DNA of 64,000 nt, from positions 1 through 64,000 of IMG/VR virus record IMGVR_UViG_3300027864_000205. One strand, given 5' to 3'. The notes beneath the pieces were generated by a model. That model made no database searches and had not been told where the DNA came from. It worked only from the letters and a program-made list of their open reading frames with translations. Position numbers and translations under genes: made by a program. Below are positions 45,292-54,619 of the stretch, one piece after another (the stretch's first letter is position 1; each line of letters begins with the position of its first letter). The stretch comes from a virus. Taxonomy: Duplodnaviria > Caudoviricetes.

Positions 45292-45540
45292 TTACTCATT
45301 TTTGCGATTGGCTTTTATACTGGCACGTATAAGGCACGCTTCCGGATTTCGGTGTTCGATACTGCATAATCCGTCGTTGATGTATTGGCACTTTGTGTTG
45401 TCGCAACTCAATTTATTGTTCATTTGCAGCGGAATCATCATTTCCCGTATGCACTCGCAGACGAAATCGGTTTGCGCTTTAGATGGCAAACTGCAAAATA
45501 GCTTGGCGTTTTCGTTGAGGGAATATTCATCTTTACTCAT
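45292..45540 (-). CDS. Hypothetical protein
   Basis: AAGGAG SD before MSKDEY. Confidence 0.6.
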   Translation of the reverse strand: MSKDEYSLNENAKLFCSLPSKAQTDFVCECIREMMIPLQMNNKLSCDNTKCQYINDGLCSIEHRNPEACLIRASIKANRKNE

Positions 45541-45542
45541 GT

Positions 45543-45755
45543 TTAGGTCTCCTTGTTGTGCGATTTGCATTTCTTGCAGATGTATTTGTCGCCATCTTTT
45601 AACATTGTAGAAATTAGCGACCCACAGGCATGGCACGATATTATGTTTTTAAAACGAACTTGGTTTGGCATTTTGCGCACACGATTCTTTTGACGCACGG
45701 TAAATGTATCATGCGAAACCCCTCTACCTAATCCGCGCATATAGTCATATATCAT
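45543..45755 (-). CDS. Small Cys-knuckle hypothetical protein
   Basis: CHAC...CKKC; ATGA overlap with the upstream gene. Confidence 0.5.
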   Translation of the reverse strand: MIYDYMRGLGRGVSHDTFTVRQKNRVRKMPNQVRFKNIISCHACGSLISTMLKDGDKYICKKCKSHNKET

Positions 45756-46636
45756 GGGGCAACCTCACTTTCATACGATTTTATCTCGTCGGCAAACCGC
45801 CAAACTTGCTGCGTTCTTCCGTTTCCATAAAATCCTGTCGGGGTTCTGCCCGAAGCATGCCACCAAATAAACCTATTCAATGTTGTCTCGCAATGGCGGT
45901 CATAGCCCCCCCTCGACACGAAAAACTCAAACATTTCCACTAAGGTAATAAGGTTGTGTTTTGCATAAAGAAGGCTTCTTTGCTGATAGTCATCGGTCAG
46001 GCGATAGGGGCCCAGATGTATTCGTTCCCAGTGCCCGTGTAGCCAGTCAGGAGATATTTGAGTCAAGCCATGCCACGGCCCATCACGATTTATTGCACTT
46101 GCATCCCAAGTACTCTCGAGGGTGATAATGCCTTGAATCATTCGAAGATTTATGTCGTGGTATGTTGCTATATCGTAAACGAGCCACTGTAGCTTCGGCA
46201 GGGCAACTATGGGCATTCCGTTTTTGTAGATTCGCCAGAGTGGTCTTGATCGTCTCTCGGTTTCTCGAAACGCTTCAAGTATATGCAACTCTGAATCGAG
46301 CCCGTAAATGAGCATTTCAAACAGGCTTCGCTCAATACTGGAACGCTCTGCAAGTTGCCCATAATCCTCCAGCAGTTCTCGGTATTTGTAGTAGTAGATG
46401 ACATTGACCTCAACCTCACTTATCTCAACAATTTCTTGATATATCGTGACGTACTCTATATGCGGAGGTTTATTTAACTCAACTAAATAAGCTACAAAAA
46501 ATACAACGGCTGCAATGCCTAACACAACAGTACATACGATGATTTGGTTTGTGAGTGTACCCAGTTGCGAAGCTATTTTGTTTCGATGTTTTCGCAATTT
46601 CAACAGGTTGATTTTCGACATAAATGACTTTTCCAT
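45752..46636 (-). CDS. Membrane-anchored SLT-like lytic transglycosylase
   Basis: N-terminal TM; IITLESTWDASA and HGLTQI motifs. Confidence 0.7.
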   Translation of the reverse strand: MEKSFMSKINLLKLRKHRNKIASQLGTLTNQIIVCTVVLGIAAVVFFVAYLVELNKPPHIEYVTIYQEIVEISEVEVNVIYYYKYRELLEDYGQLAERSSIERSLFEMLIYGLDSELHILEAFRETERRSRPLWRIYKNGMPIVALPKLQWLVYDIATYHDINLRMIQGIITLESTWDASAINRDGPWHGLTQISPDWLHGHWERIHLGPYRLTDDYQQRSLLYAKHNLITLVEMFEFFVSRGGYDRHCETTLNRFIWWHASGRTPTGFYGNGRTQQVWRFADEIKSYESEVAP

Positions 46637-46650
46637 CAGTATTCCTCATT

Positions 46651-46794
46651 TCAGACATTCATCGCTAAGTAGTGTATTACTAAGCCCGTGACAACAGCTA
46701 AGCCTGCGACTGATACAACTGCGGCAATAATTGCAAGTTTTGATTTTTTGCTGATACTCTTTGGTTCTTCACCAGTGGCGACAGTATATGCTTT
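46651..46794 (-). CDS. Small membrane peptide
   Basis: One TM LAIIAAVVSVAGLAVVTGLVI; ATGA overlap. Confidence 0.55.
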   Translation of the reverse strand, partial: KAYTVATGEEPKSISKKSKLAIIAAVVSVAGLAVVTGLVIHYLAMNV

Positions 46795-47018
46795 CATGTA
46801 TCTACCTCCGTAATTACAAGAGGACACCAATCGGGGCGTTTCTTCTCGGCTTCCGCAAAATTTAATTTTTTCCATGTCGTAGGCACCTGCGCAACTCCTG
46901 TAGGAAGCTTAACACCCTTGCAGTACATAACACCATCAACATCTAGGTAACAGCACGGACATTTTGCAAAGCATTTTTCAGGTGCAGGCTCAACAGTTAG
47001 TGTTGCTATTTGCTTCAT
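46794..47018 (-). CDS. Small Cys-rich phage protein
   Basis: PEKCFAKCPCC...RPDWCPL. Confidence 0.7.
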   Translation of the reverse strand: MKQIATLTVEPAPEKCFAKCPCCYLDVDGVMYCKGVKLPTGVAQVPTTWKKLNFAEAEKKRPDWCPLVITEVDT

Positions 47019-47316
47019 GTGTCAAGCCTCCTGTCATTTTCAGTCGTTCATATGCTCCCGGATATTGCCGCTCGTACTCATGGTCTATATTTTCGGGGTA
47101 TATGACGTATTGCGTGTTTGCTGTTTCAATGATTTTGTGGTCGGCGAGTATCCTGATATTCTGAATTGCCGATGTCCTTATTCTGTCGCCGTCAGAAAAT
47201 CTCTCCGCGCTGTCATTGAAGATCTCTCCAACAAGTGTATGCTTCACCAATTCTGGCGCAGTGAATCCATCCGAAGTGTTTGATATATGCCAGTTTTTCA
47301 TAATGGCAGTGTTCAT
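46990..47316 (-). CDS. Hypothetical protein
   Basis: LVGEIFND...RFSDGDRIRTSAI motif. Confidence 0.65.
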   Translation of the reverse strand: MNTAIMKNWHISNTSDGFTAPELVKHTLVGEIFNDSAERFSDGDRIRTSAIQNIRILADHKIIETANTQYVIYPENIDHEYERQYPGAYERLKMTGGLTHEANSNTNC

Positions 47317-47645
47317 GTATTAAACCTCTCGTCTTTCTCATCTTGTCCTTGTTGTTCTTTTAGACATCGCTCTGCATAAGCTGCCCAGCTTTTAGCTTCC
47401 TCATCAAGCATTTTATCTCCAAGTTTTTTTACATATTTTCTGGGAAACCATATGTATTTGCAATCTTCGTATCGAAAGTCACCTCCGTATATGGTGCAAT
47501 CGTCAAAGTCAGCTGATTCATAACCCGGTGACGATACAGGACAATTTACGCAGTTGCGATATTTGTATCTCCATGCTTTCAATGCTCTGATTGGGTGCGC
47601 TATTACCCTGAAAATTCGTCTCATGCTTGATAGTCTGCATTTCAT
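47313..47645 (-). CDS. Hypothetical protein
   Basis: ATGA overlaps on both sides. Confidence 0.6.
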   Translation of the reverse strand: MKCRLSSMRRIFRVIAHPIRALKAWRYKYRNCVNCPVSSPGYESADFDDCTIYGGDFRYEDCKYIWFPRKYVKKLGDKMLDEEAKSWAAYAERCLKEQQGQDEKDERFNT

Positions 47646-48271
47646 CCTCGCACCTCCGATTTATCTATCCGTTCGAGTGTATAAGCCCAAACCCAATCAT
47701 TGCGTTCCCATGATTCTTTGCCGTATACGCTAATCCACAAATCCTCAAACCACTCTTTAGGAAAGTTTGTAGGGCAACTATCATCGCAGCACCCGCAATT
47801 AGAAAGCCCCACACATCTATAAGGGAATCCTTCTAGGCGAATATCCGAATCACTTATATCCTGCACCCTTTCAACTTTCAACGCAGTCACTCTCAGGAAT
47901 ATCCGCGCCACTTCTTTGGGCATGTGGATACTGGGTCGCCACATACCAACATATTCAATAGGCATTGTCTTTTCACACGCATAATCCGCTTTATACGCAT
48001 AATGCGGTGGCGCGACACAGACGTTTTGCCATGCCTCTCTTACATAGAGGATGTCACCGACTTGGCAGGGTGGCTTTATCTTATCGCTTATACCGCTTTC
48101 ACCATTATCAAAAAGCACTTTCCCTATGTCTCTTTTATCTCCTGTTGTGCTTGTGCAAATTCCTAAAGCTCTTGTGCCTATCGGCTGAGGCTTAATCGGT
48201 CTACGTGTCATCGTCTTTGTGCCGTCAAGTATCGCACGAACCATTTCCGTGTTGAATAGTATGGGTTTCAT
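47642..48271 (-). CDS. ASCH/PUA-like phage protein
   Basis: MKPILFNTEMVRAILDGTKTMTRR, GDILYVRE, WRPSIHMPKE. Confidence 0.8.
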   Translation of the reverse strand: MKPILFNTEMVRAILDGTKTMTRRPIKPQPIGTRALGICTSTTGDKRDIGKVLFDNGESGISDKIKPPCQVGDILYVREAWQNVCVAPPHYAYKADYACEKTMPIEYVGMWRPSIHMPKEVARIFLRVTALKVERVQDISDSDIRLEGFPYRCVGLSNCGCCDDSCPTNFPKEWFEDLWISVYGKESWERNDWVWAYTLERIDKSEVRG

Positions 48272-48594
48272 TGCTCTTCCGCTCCTTTGATTGTTGAATA
48301 TACATAATCGGCGACTTGCTCGCAAAAATTGTCTCTGTTTTCGTCCATATGCTCACAAGGCTCGTCAGCGTAATCGATTTCACTGTATCTGTATATGTCG
48401 CAATCTGGACGTTTACAACCTTTGCAAATTTCAAGTTCTTTTATCTCGGGTGTCTTGGCTGCAATTGAATAGTAATCTGCTTCATCAACTTCTGCAAAGC
48501 GCGAATCGGTACATATGCAAAACCCGAACCCATTTCCGCAATAATCAATAACTTCACATTCGCCGCAATGTTGTTCTAATTTTCCTATTTTCAT
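48268..48594 (-). CDS. Cys-rich hypothetical protein
   Basis: Multiple CxxC motifs; ATGA overlap. Confidence 0.65.
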   Translation of the reverse strand: MKIGKLEQHCGECEVIDYCGNGFGFCICTDSRFAEVDEADYYSIAAKTPEIKELEICKGCKRPDCDIYRYSEIDYADEPCEHMDENRDNFCEQVADYVYSTIKGAEEQ

Positions 48595-48603
48595 ACTGCA
48601 TCC

Positions 48604-48972
48604 TCATTTGCCTTCGGTTCGACCTGGGGCTTCATAAAATCCTGCCATACAGTTCGGACATTTGTAGTCACCTACGGGATGGTGTTCGGGCAGCACTGGC
48701 TTTTTAGTGTTTTTGCCTCTCAATACCTCAATTTCAGCTATTAGTTCCGGTAATATATTGCGAACTTCGACAATGAGTTCGAAATTCGGATTAAATGCGT
48801 GTCCGAACTGGTCAGGGATGCTGTCGCCGGGATGTTCGCGCAGCTCACTCGAAATAAGAAACGCGCCTTCCCTTTCATGGTATGCGTGAATTTCAGGATG
48901 CATGCCATCATAGCTCCATGGTCCCGGAGTCGCAGTCTCGTGTAATCTTTGTAGTTTTTCTAAGTTAATCAT
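48604..48972 (-). CDS. Ead/Ea22-like protein
   Basis: LEKLQRLHETATPGPW...LIVEVRNILPELIAEIE. Confidence 0.65.
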   Translation of the reverse strand: MINLEKLQRLHETATPGPWSYDGMHPEIHAYHEREGAFLISSELREHPGDSIPDQFGHAFNPNFELIVEVRNILPELIAEIEVLRGKNTKKPVLPEHHPVGDYKCPNCMAGFYEAPGRTEGK

Positions 48973-49054
48973 TTCAGGTGCCTCATCTTTCTCTCTACTA
49001 AATCATTCGTTATTTTTGCGAAGTAACTCTTTAAGCATAATTTTTCAACAACAC

Positions 49055-50872
49055 CTATCCCGCCATTTCTTCCATTAGTTTTGACATTGTCACTATCTTC
49101 TTTCCACACAGCTCTGGAAGGTTTGCTCTGACAATTGCCTCTGAAAATGGCGGCGGTACCGCATTCCCACAACGGGCAACTTGTGCCGCTTTACTTATCG
49201 GTGAGCCCAATGCACCAGCATCTATCACATAATCAGACGGAAAAACCTGAGCATTAAAAAGCTCTCTAGGTGTGAGCATTCGCAAGCCTATGTCGGTTAT
49301 TGCATACTGCTGACCGCGTATAGTAACAAGCCCTAAGCGGTCTTTTGATGTGATGGTATGTGTCGGGGCGGTTATATCTTGCGCATCATCACCGCCGTAA
49401 TATTTAATCAACAACGCTCTAACTTCGCCGAAATGCCCTGCACTTGTGAGTATCGTATTGAGTGGTTCTCTGAGGTCTTGACCGTTGCTGTTATTGCGAA
49501 ACAATGTGAGTTGCGAAGTGATTAGTGCGTTATGGTCGATTGCAGTTACTGTGTTTAGCGGGTCTGTGACACTGTTTCCTTTTCCATCATAACCGCCACT
49601 ATAGTATTTACTAAGAAAAGACATCACCACGCCGTAGCGGTTCTCGGTGTCCACGGTCAGTAATGGTTTCTCTATTGACTGACCTCTGGTTTCGTCCTTG
49701 CCTTGCTCGTCGTGATACTGAATGAGTGTCGGTGTGACAAGTATATTGCGACCACCTGTTGTTACTGTCGGCAAAGGCTCGTTTGCACCAGTAGGCACGT
49801 TATCACTCATGTTTGGTACGATGCATGGAGTAACGCTTGCTTCAATCACACATTGCTCTGCTTTGGAAACGATTGTTCTGACAGGCTCATCGACGGGATA
49901 CGACCTGTCGCTGGTAAAGCCAGTATGTCCTATTGCAGTCATCGTCGGAACAACAATCCCAAGCCCATTTTTTCCAGTCATTGTGTTAGTAGGCTCACCT
50001 ATGCTATGACCTCTAAAATCATCACCGCTTCTGTTCACCTGCACAACAAAAGGCTCAGGATTGTCGAGTACAAATTTCTTTATCCCTCGCGCAATGCGCC
50101 TAAGTGTTTTTTCTGCAAGAGGTCTTACAGCTCTCACACCATACTGCTGTTGAATTTCCGCAGAGCTTGCGAATATGGAAGGACACGGAAGATTCCAGTC
50201 AATTATCTCTGCGGCTGTGCGCCACGGTTTCAGCTTGCCGCTTTTAACGGCTTCGCTGTCCGGGGCACCGTGCGTAGGTCGGGGCCAGACTATAGGCGCA
50301 TCGTCACACCGAGCAATCAAGAAAAGTCTCTTGCGTATCGTTGGTGCCCCATAGTCGCATGCCCTAAGCTCTTCCCACTCCACTTTGTAACCGTGATGTT
50401 TTAGTGCATTCACAAAGCTGTGGAATGTATGCCCTTTCTTTTCTTTGACAGGGTGTCCTGCTTTGTCAAGCGGACCCCAATCCTTGAATTCTTCTACATT
50501 TTCCATAGCAATCATTCTCGGCCGGACAGTTGCCGCCCATCGCACAGCTACCCATGCAAGACCCCTAATCTCTTTTTTGCGCGGCTTTCCACCACGCGCC
50601 TTGCTGTGGTGCGTGCAGTCAGGCGAGAGCCATACAAGTGCGACTCGTCGCCCTGCGGTCACTTGCCGAGGGTCAACTTCCCATACATCCTCACAATAAT
50701 GCTTTGTGTATGGGTGGTTGCGCATGTGCATAGTTATTGAATCAGGGTCGTGGTTAATCGCTATATCCACAGGTCGCCCGGTGGCAAGTTCAATGCCTGT
50801 AGATGCGCCTCCTCCTCCTGCGAAATTATCAACTATTAACTCATCGAATATTGAGGTTTGTTTTTTCGTCAT
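49055..50872 (-). CDS. C5 DNA cytosine methyltransferase
   Basis: DNFAGGGG, SPDCTHHS, MENVEEF, RKRLFL and CGNAVPP motifs. Confidence 0.95.
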   Translation of the reverse strand: MTKKQTSIFDELIVDNFAGGGGASTGIELATGRPVDIAINHDPDSITMHMRNHPYTKHYCEDVWEVDPRQVTAGRRVALVWLSPDCTHHSKARGGKPRKKEIRGLAWVAVRWAATVRPRMIAMENVEEFKDWGPLDKAGHPVKEKKGHTFHSFVNALKHHGYKVEWEELRACDYGAPTIRKRLFLIARCDDAPIVWPRPTHGAPDSEAVKSGKLKPWRTAAEIIDWNLPCPSIFASSAEIQQQYGVRAVRPLAEKTLRRIARGIKKFVLDNPEPFVVQVNRSGDDFRGHSIGEPTNTMTGKNGLGIVVPTMTAIGHTGFTSDRSYPVDEPVRTIVSKAEQCVIEASVTPCIVPNMSDNVPTGANEPLPTVTTGGRNILVTPTLIQYHDEQGKDETRGQSIEKPLLTVDTENRYGVVMSFLSKYYSGGYDGKGNSVTDPLNTVTAIDHNALITSQLTLFRNNSNGQDLREPLNTILTSAGHFGEVRALLIKYYGGDDAQDITAPTHTITSKDRLGLVTIRGQQYAITDIGLRMLTPRELFNAQVFPSDYVIDAGALGSPISKAAQVARCGNAVPPPFSEAIVRANLPELCGKKIVTMSKLMEEMAG

Positions 50873-50916
50873 ACCTATCTTTCCTCCATTTTTCAAAAAT
50901 TGGACAAGGCTCATCT

Positions 50917-51555
50917 TTATACGTATCCTCTTGTTTTGCCTTGTTCGTGCCAGTAGTCGTTGTTCGGTTGGTTTCCTGTTTGGTGTATTACACCTCTAAG
51001 AGGGTCCTCAACTCGCACTTCGATTATTGTTTTTCCTAATTCCTTAAATATCTGGTCACGAATTTCATCGAGGGTTAGGTATTGGCTAAATCCCTCAAAT
51101 CCAGAAGCATACTTACTTGTATTCCATCTTAGTTTTGCTTCTGAATATCGGTCGCGGGTAAGTCCTGTAACTATTAAAAGGGTTGATGTGGGATCATCAC
51201 ACCATATGGTGAGCTTTCCGTATTCCGCAGGATGGGGATACTCCTGATCTTCTGCGGGTCGTATGTCATTTTCGATTGTTGGGTCGTCACCCCAATCGTC
51301 GAGACATTCTTGACGGGTCAGAAAGTAGTTGACCCCTATGTTGTTCCATGAACTCCCGCCCTGACTGGGTATGCTGTTAAATTTGAAGCCGCCTCTCTCG
51401 GGGTGTTGCTCTATTGATAGAGGTTTCGGTGACCAATATACTTTTCCGTGATGAGCTGTTCTATCCATTTTCCATAGCACAGTCCCGATTGGGTATTGTT
51501 CCCGCTTTTGTTTTTGGTACTCAGCGTATGTTTGCCCTTTTCTTGCCATCTTCAC
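50917..51555 (-). CDS. Hypothetical protein
   Basis: 212-aa ORF in operon. Confidence 0.7.
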   Translation of the reverse strand: MKMARKGQTYAEYQKQKREQYPIGTVLWKMDRTAHHGKVYWSPKPLSIEQHPERGGFKFNSIPSQGGSSWNNIGVNYFLTRQECLDDWGDDPTIENDIRPAEDQEYPHPAEYGKLTIWCDDPTSTLLIVTGLTRDRYSEAKLRWNTSKYASGFEGFSQYLTLDEIRDQIFKELGKTIIEVRVEDPLRGVIHQTGNQPNNDYWHEQGKTRGYV

Positions 51556-51815
51556 CAGTCTGCCTCCTCTTCTGCCGCGCGCTTTAGTTTGTCATCAATG
51601 TCTTTGTTGTAAACACCGTTACAGTTCATAGAGATTTTGCATGGACAGGCATGTTCCCAGCAACTATGCCAATATCCACAACCATACCTAGCGTTTATCT
51701 CATCAAAGAGTTCTTGTGTCATGCTTTTTCCATCTCCTTTCTCAAATTGAACTCCCACCTTGCTATAATTTTTCCACAATCGTTGCAACGTATCGGCTCT
51801 TCCATCACCAATCAC
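51552..51815 (-). CDS. Hypothetical protein
   Basis: Short Cys-rich ORF; start uncertain. Confidence 0.45.
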   Translation of the reverse strand: MIGDGRADTLQRLWKNYSKVGVQFEKGDGKSMTQELFDEINARYGCGYWHSCWEHACPCKISMNCNGVYNKDIDDKLKRAAEEEADW

Positions 51816-52032
51816 CTCCGCTCATTTGCGCAATATTAGACTGTACAACTACGTTAAACGGCTGCGGGTCGCCATCTGGGCTATGAGATAGACCTTTCAT
51901 AAGGCAAATTGCATCTTGCGGAACAAACAGATAAGCTTCAGGTTCATACTCGGTTATTTCATGCATCAGCTTACATAGCTCGTCAGTTAACCTCACGAAC
52001 TTATTTATATGTTTTTGTTTAATCTTATTCAT
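51805..52032 (-). CDS. Hypothetical protein
   Basis: GAGGT SD; 75 aa. Confidence 0.6.
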   Translation of the reverse strand: MNKIKQKHINKFVRLTDELCKLMHEITEYEPEAYLFVPQDAICLMKGLSHSPDGDPQPFNVVVQSNIAQMSGGDW

Positions 52033-52126
52033 GTTACTACCTCGTATTTGCTTTCAAATTTCATTTTGTATCCCCAGCACGATTAGCATACCTGCTACTA
52101 TTGGGTCGTTTGGCTCGAAGTCGTTG

Positions 52127-52525
52127 TTATTCATCATGAGATACCGCGTGCCATGGATAGCAGCCACCACAATAACCGTTCCCACCAACTTCCTTGCCCT
52201 CTCCATCAAATATGGGAACGTAGCCACCATCATCAGAATCGTACAACTCTTCGCATTCATGACACTTTTCATATGTATCAGGGAACACACCCAAGTGCTC
52301 CTGAAGATAGTATATGATGCTGAATGCAGTGCCGGCATCAAGCCTTGGATGATGCGCTAAAATCAGGCAATGTTCACCTTTATCGCCTTGCAGCATTTTG
52401 TAAAACGATTCCACTGCCTCTAAAGCTACTTTTCCATTCTCAAGCTGGCTTTCACATAAATGCTTATTTTTGCACTTGCTACAGCCGTTATGCACATATC
52501 TTTCCTTAAATTCAATCTTAGCCAT
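52127..52525 (-). CDS. Hypothetical Cys-containing protein
   Basis: CSKC, CHEC and CGGC motifs; start MAKIEF. Confidence 0.6.
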   Translation of the reverse strand: MAKIEFKERYVHNGCSKCKNKHLCESQLENGKVALEAVESFYKMLQGDKGEHCLILAHHPRLDAGTAFSIIYYLQEHLGVFPDTYEKCHECEELYDSDDGGYVPIFDGEGKEVGGNGYCGGCYPWHAVSHDE

Positions 52526-52530
52526 TTGCG

Positions 52531-53271
52531 CTACCCTTTCCCTTCGTGGTTTTCCATTTCCTTTCTCAAATCGTCTTTGATATAGTAGTTTCGTCTGTGT
52601 TTTTTGCAAAGCTCGACACATTTATGACCGAACTCGCCCCAGTTTATATCTGACGGGTGGTAGTTCATTTTGCCTATGCGGTAGAGGTCGATGAAATCAT
52701 AACATTTTATAGAATTATATATTCCTGTCTCATCTATAACAGGCTCGCAAGACACCCATGTTTTTATTCTGCAATACTTAGCCAAAGCTAAGGTTGTCAT
52801 TCTGTCATAATTGTCAGAAGCGTATGGCTCGCAATCGTCTTGATACCCAACGTCATCTAAACCGCCTGTATATGTCACCCCAAACCAATCGTTGCTGTCA
52901 AGCAAATCATGGTCACGCGCCGCAATTTCGCTACCCTTTGTAAGTATCTGCACATGATTTCCGCTGCCTTTTATGAGCTTGATTATCTCTCGTGTTACGG
53001 TGGTGTCGTATCCAACGGGGTATGGGTCGCACACGAACGAAAGGTGAATGAGCTTGCCTGTTATGCCCTCACGCTCTATTTGTTTTGCTGTAGCCTCAAT
53101 TATGCTTTTTCGCGGCTCTACGTGGCTGTGAAACTCTTCACGGCTCTTGCGGAGTACAGAGGGTGCAAAACAGTATGTGCATGAATGTGGGCAACCAGTG
53201 TAGATGTTCAATGCAAGTGCATCCGGTGAATATTCCAAGGCTTTGCCTTTTGGTTTATATATTGGTTTCAT
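52531..53271 (-). CDS. Radical SAM protein (spore-photoproduct-lyase-like)
   Basis: GCPHSCTYC CxxxCxxC; LSFVCDPY; TWVSCEP. Confidence 0.88.
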   Translation of the reverse strand: MKPIYKPKGKALEYSPDALALNIYTGCPHSCTYCFAPSVLRKSREEFHSHVEPRKSIIEATAKQIEREGITGKLIHLSFVCDPYPVGYDTTVTREIIKLIKGSGNHVQILTKGSEIAARDHDLLDSNDWFGVTYTGGLDDVGYQDDCEPYASDNYDRMTTLALAKYCRIKTWVSCEPVIDETGIYNSIKCYDFIDLYRIGKMNYHPSDINWGEFGHKCVELCKKHRRNYYIKDDLRKEMENHEGKG

Positions 53272-53349
53272 TGTGAACCCTCCAATAATTTAGGACTGTT
53301 CGATGTCCTTAAAATAGTTTTGATAATTGTTGGGGCTGTTGTTTTGCTC

Positions 53350-54414
53350 TCATCGACTCGCCTCCGGGTGCAGCCTTACAGGGAGTATCATTGATGTTAG
53401 CTGGTTGTCCTTCATAACAATTGGAGTCGTTGCTGTGTTGTACGTTATTGTCACTATTTCAGACTTGTGCGCTTTTAGCGAATCACGCAAATAGCGGATA
53501 TTAAAACCGATGCGAAGGCTTTCATCTATGTCACCATCAACTTCTACTTCTTCCTTGAATTGTGCAGTAGCGGATTCTAAGGAAACAACCATTTTGCCGC
53601 CGGAAAAACTTATTGTAACCGGCGATTTTGTGAGGTCGTCCATGCAGATCTGCGCACGCTCAACGCAGTCGAGCATTGTTTTTCTGTCAACAGATACGAT
53701 ATTGCCTTCACAAGGCACGGCATTTTGATAATTAAAGAACTCACCTTGTAACAAAATAGTGTATATGGCGTAATCCTCAGTTTTAAATACCATATTTTTG
53801 TCGGTATAGTTAATCTCTATTTCTCCCTCAATGCCCAACTTTAACAGCTTTTCGAGTGTTTCTTTTGGCACAACAAAAGAGAACTCATCATCAAAATCAA
53901 CCTTGCTCCACGCAAGACGGAATCCATCAAGTGCTACAACATTGAGTTCGCCGCCAGTGGCCTCAAGCAGAACCCCTGTAGCTGTCGGTCTTGTTTCATT
54001 CGTTGCCACTGCATACATGACCGATGACACGAGGTCTTGAAGAGTGCTGATGCTGATTTTGCTCCCGTTGCTTTCGCCTGTCGGCTCGGCCGGTATAGAG
54101 AAGTTTTTAGCATCATCACTTCTGAATGTACTTTCTATCCCATCGGCAAATATCTCCACTGCTTCACCCTTGGTTGTGATTTCAATGGTGGTTTCAGGCA
54201 GTGCGGCGATAAAGTCCATTGCTTTTGGCATCAGGATTATCGGGTTCTTTAGTTCTGCTGATATTTTTGCTGTTATCCCTATTTTGAGATTATGAGCTGT
54301 GATTTGGTCGCCTGCCACCAGTACGCCTTGCTGTGCGGGGGGCAGATTCTTTTGTCCGGTGGCACTTCTGACCTTTTTTAGTTTCTCTGCAAATTCCCCT
54401 TTTTTGATTAACAT
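53350..54414 (-). CDS. dnaN: DNA polymerase III beta clamp, phage-encoded
   Basis: TRPTATGVLL, VALDGFRLA, IGFNIRYL and ILPVR motifs; 354 aa. Confidence 0.9.
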   Translation of the reverse strand: MLIKKGEFAEKLKKVRSATGQKNLPPAQQGVLVAGDQITAHNLKIGITAKISAELKNPIILMPKAMDFIAALPETTIEITTKGEAVEIFADGIESTFRSDDAKNFSIPAEPTGESNGSKISISTLQDLVSSVMYAVATNETRPTATGVLLEATGGELNVVALDGFRLAWSKVDFDDEFSFVVPKETLEKLLKLGIEGEIEINYTDKNMVFKTEDYAIYTILLQGEFFNYQNAVPCEGNIVSVDRKTMLDCVERAQICMDDLTKSPVTISFSGGKMVVSLESATAQFKEEVEVDGDIDESLRIGFNIRYLRDSLKAHKSEIVTITYNTATTPIVMKDNQLTSMILPVRLHPEASR

Positions 54415-54427
54415 GCTTTAAGTCCTC

Positions 54428-54619
54428 CTATTTTGTTGTGTATTCGCCGTCCTTGAATATCTCGATATAGTGAATGTTCGGCGAATTTTGCTTTCCTTCT
54501 TGCTTCTCCTTACCGAAACGTACCATGTATCCTGCTTTCAGTAGCAGTTGCCCAAGGGCAAGTCTGTCTTGCTCGTTCAAGGTTCCAAGCTTCTGACTGA
54601 ATATCTTGTAGCTCATCAC
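54428..54619 (-). CDS. Small conserved phage protein
   Basis: DRLALGQLLLKAGYMVR motif. Confidence 0.7.
   Translation of the reverse strand: MMSYKIFSQKLGTLNEQDRLALGQLLLKAGYMVRFGKEKQEGKQNSPNIHYIEIFKDGEYTTK

Noticed and set aside
49703-50404. 233-aa plus-strand ORF
   Set aside because: Antisense to the cytosine methyltransferase; no independent support
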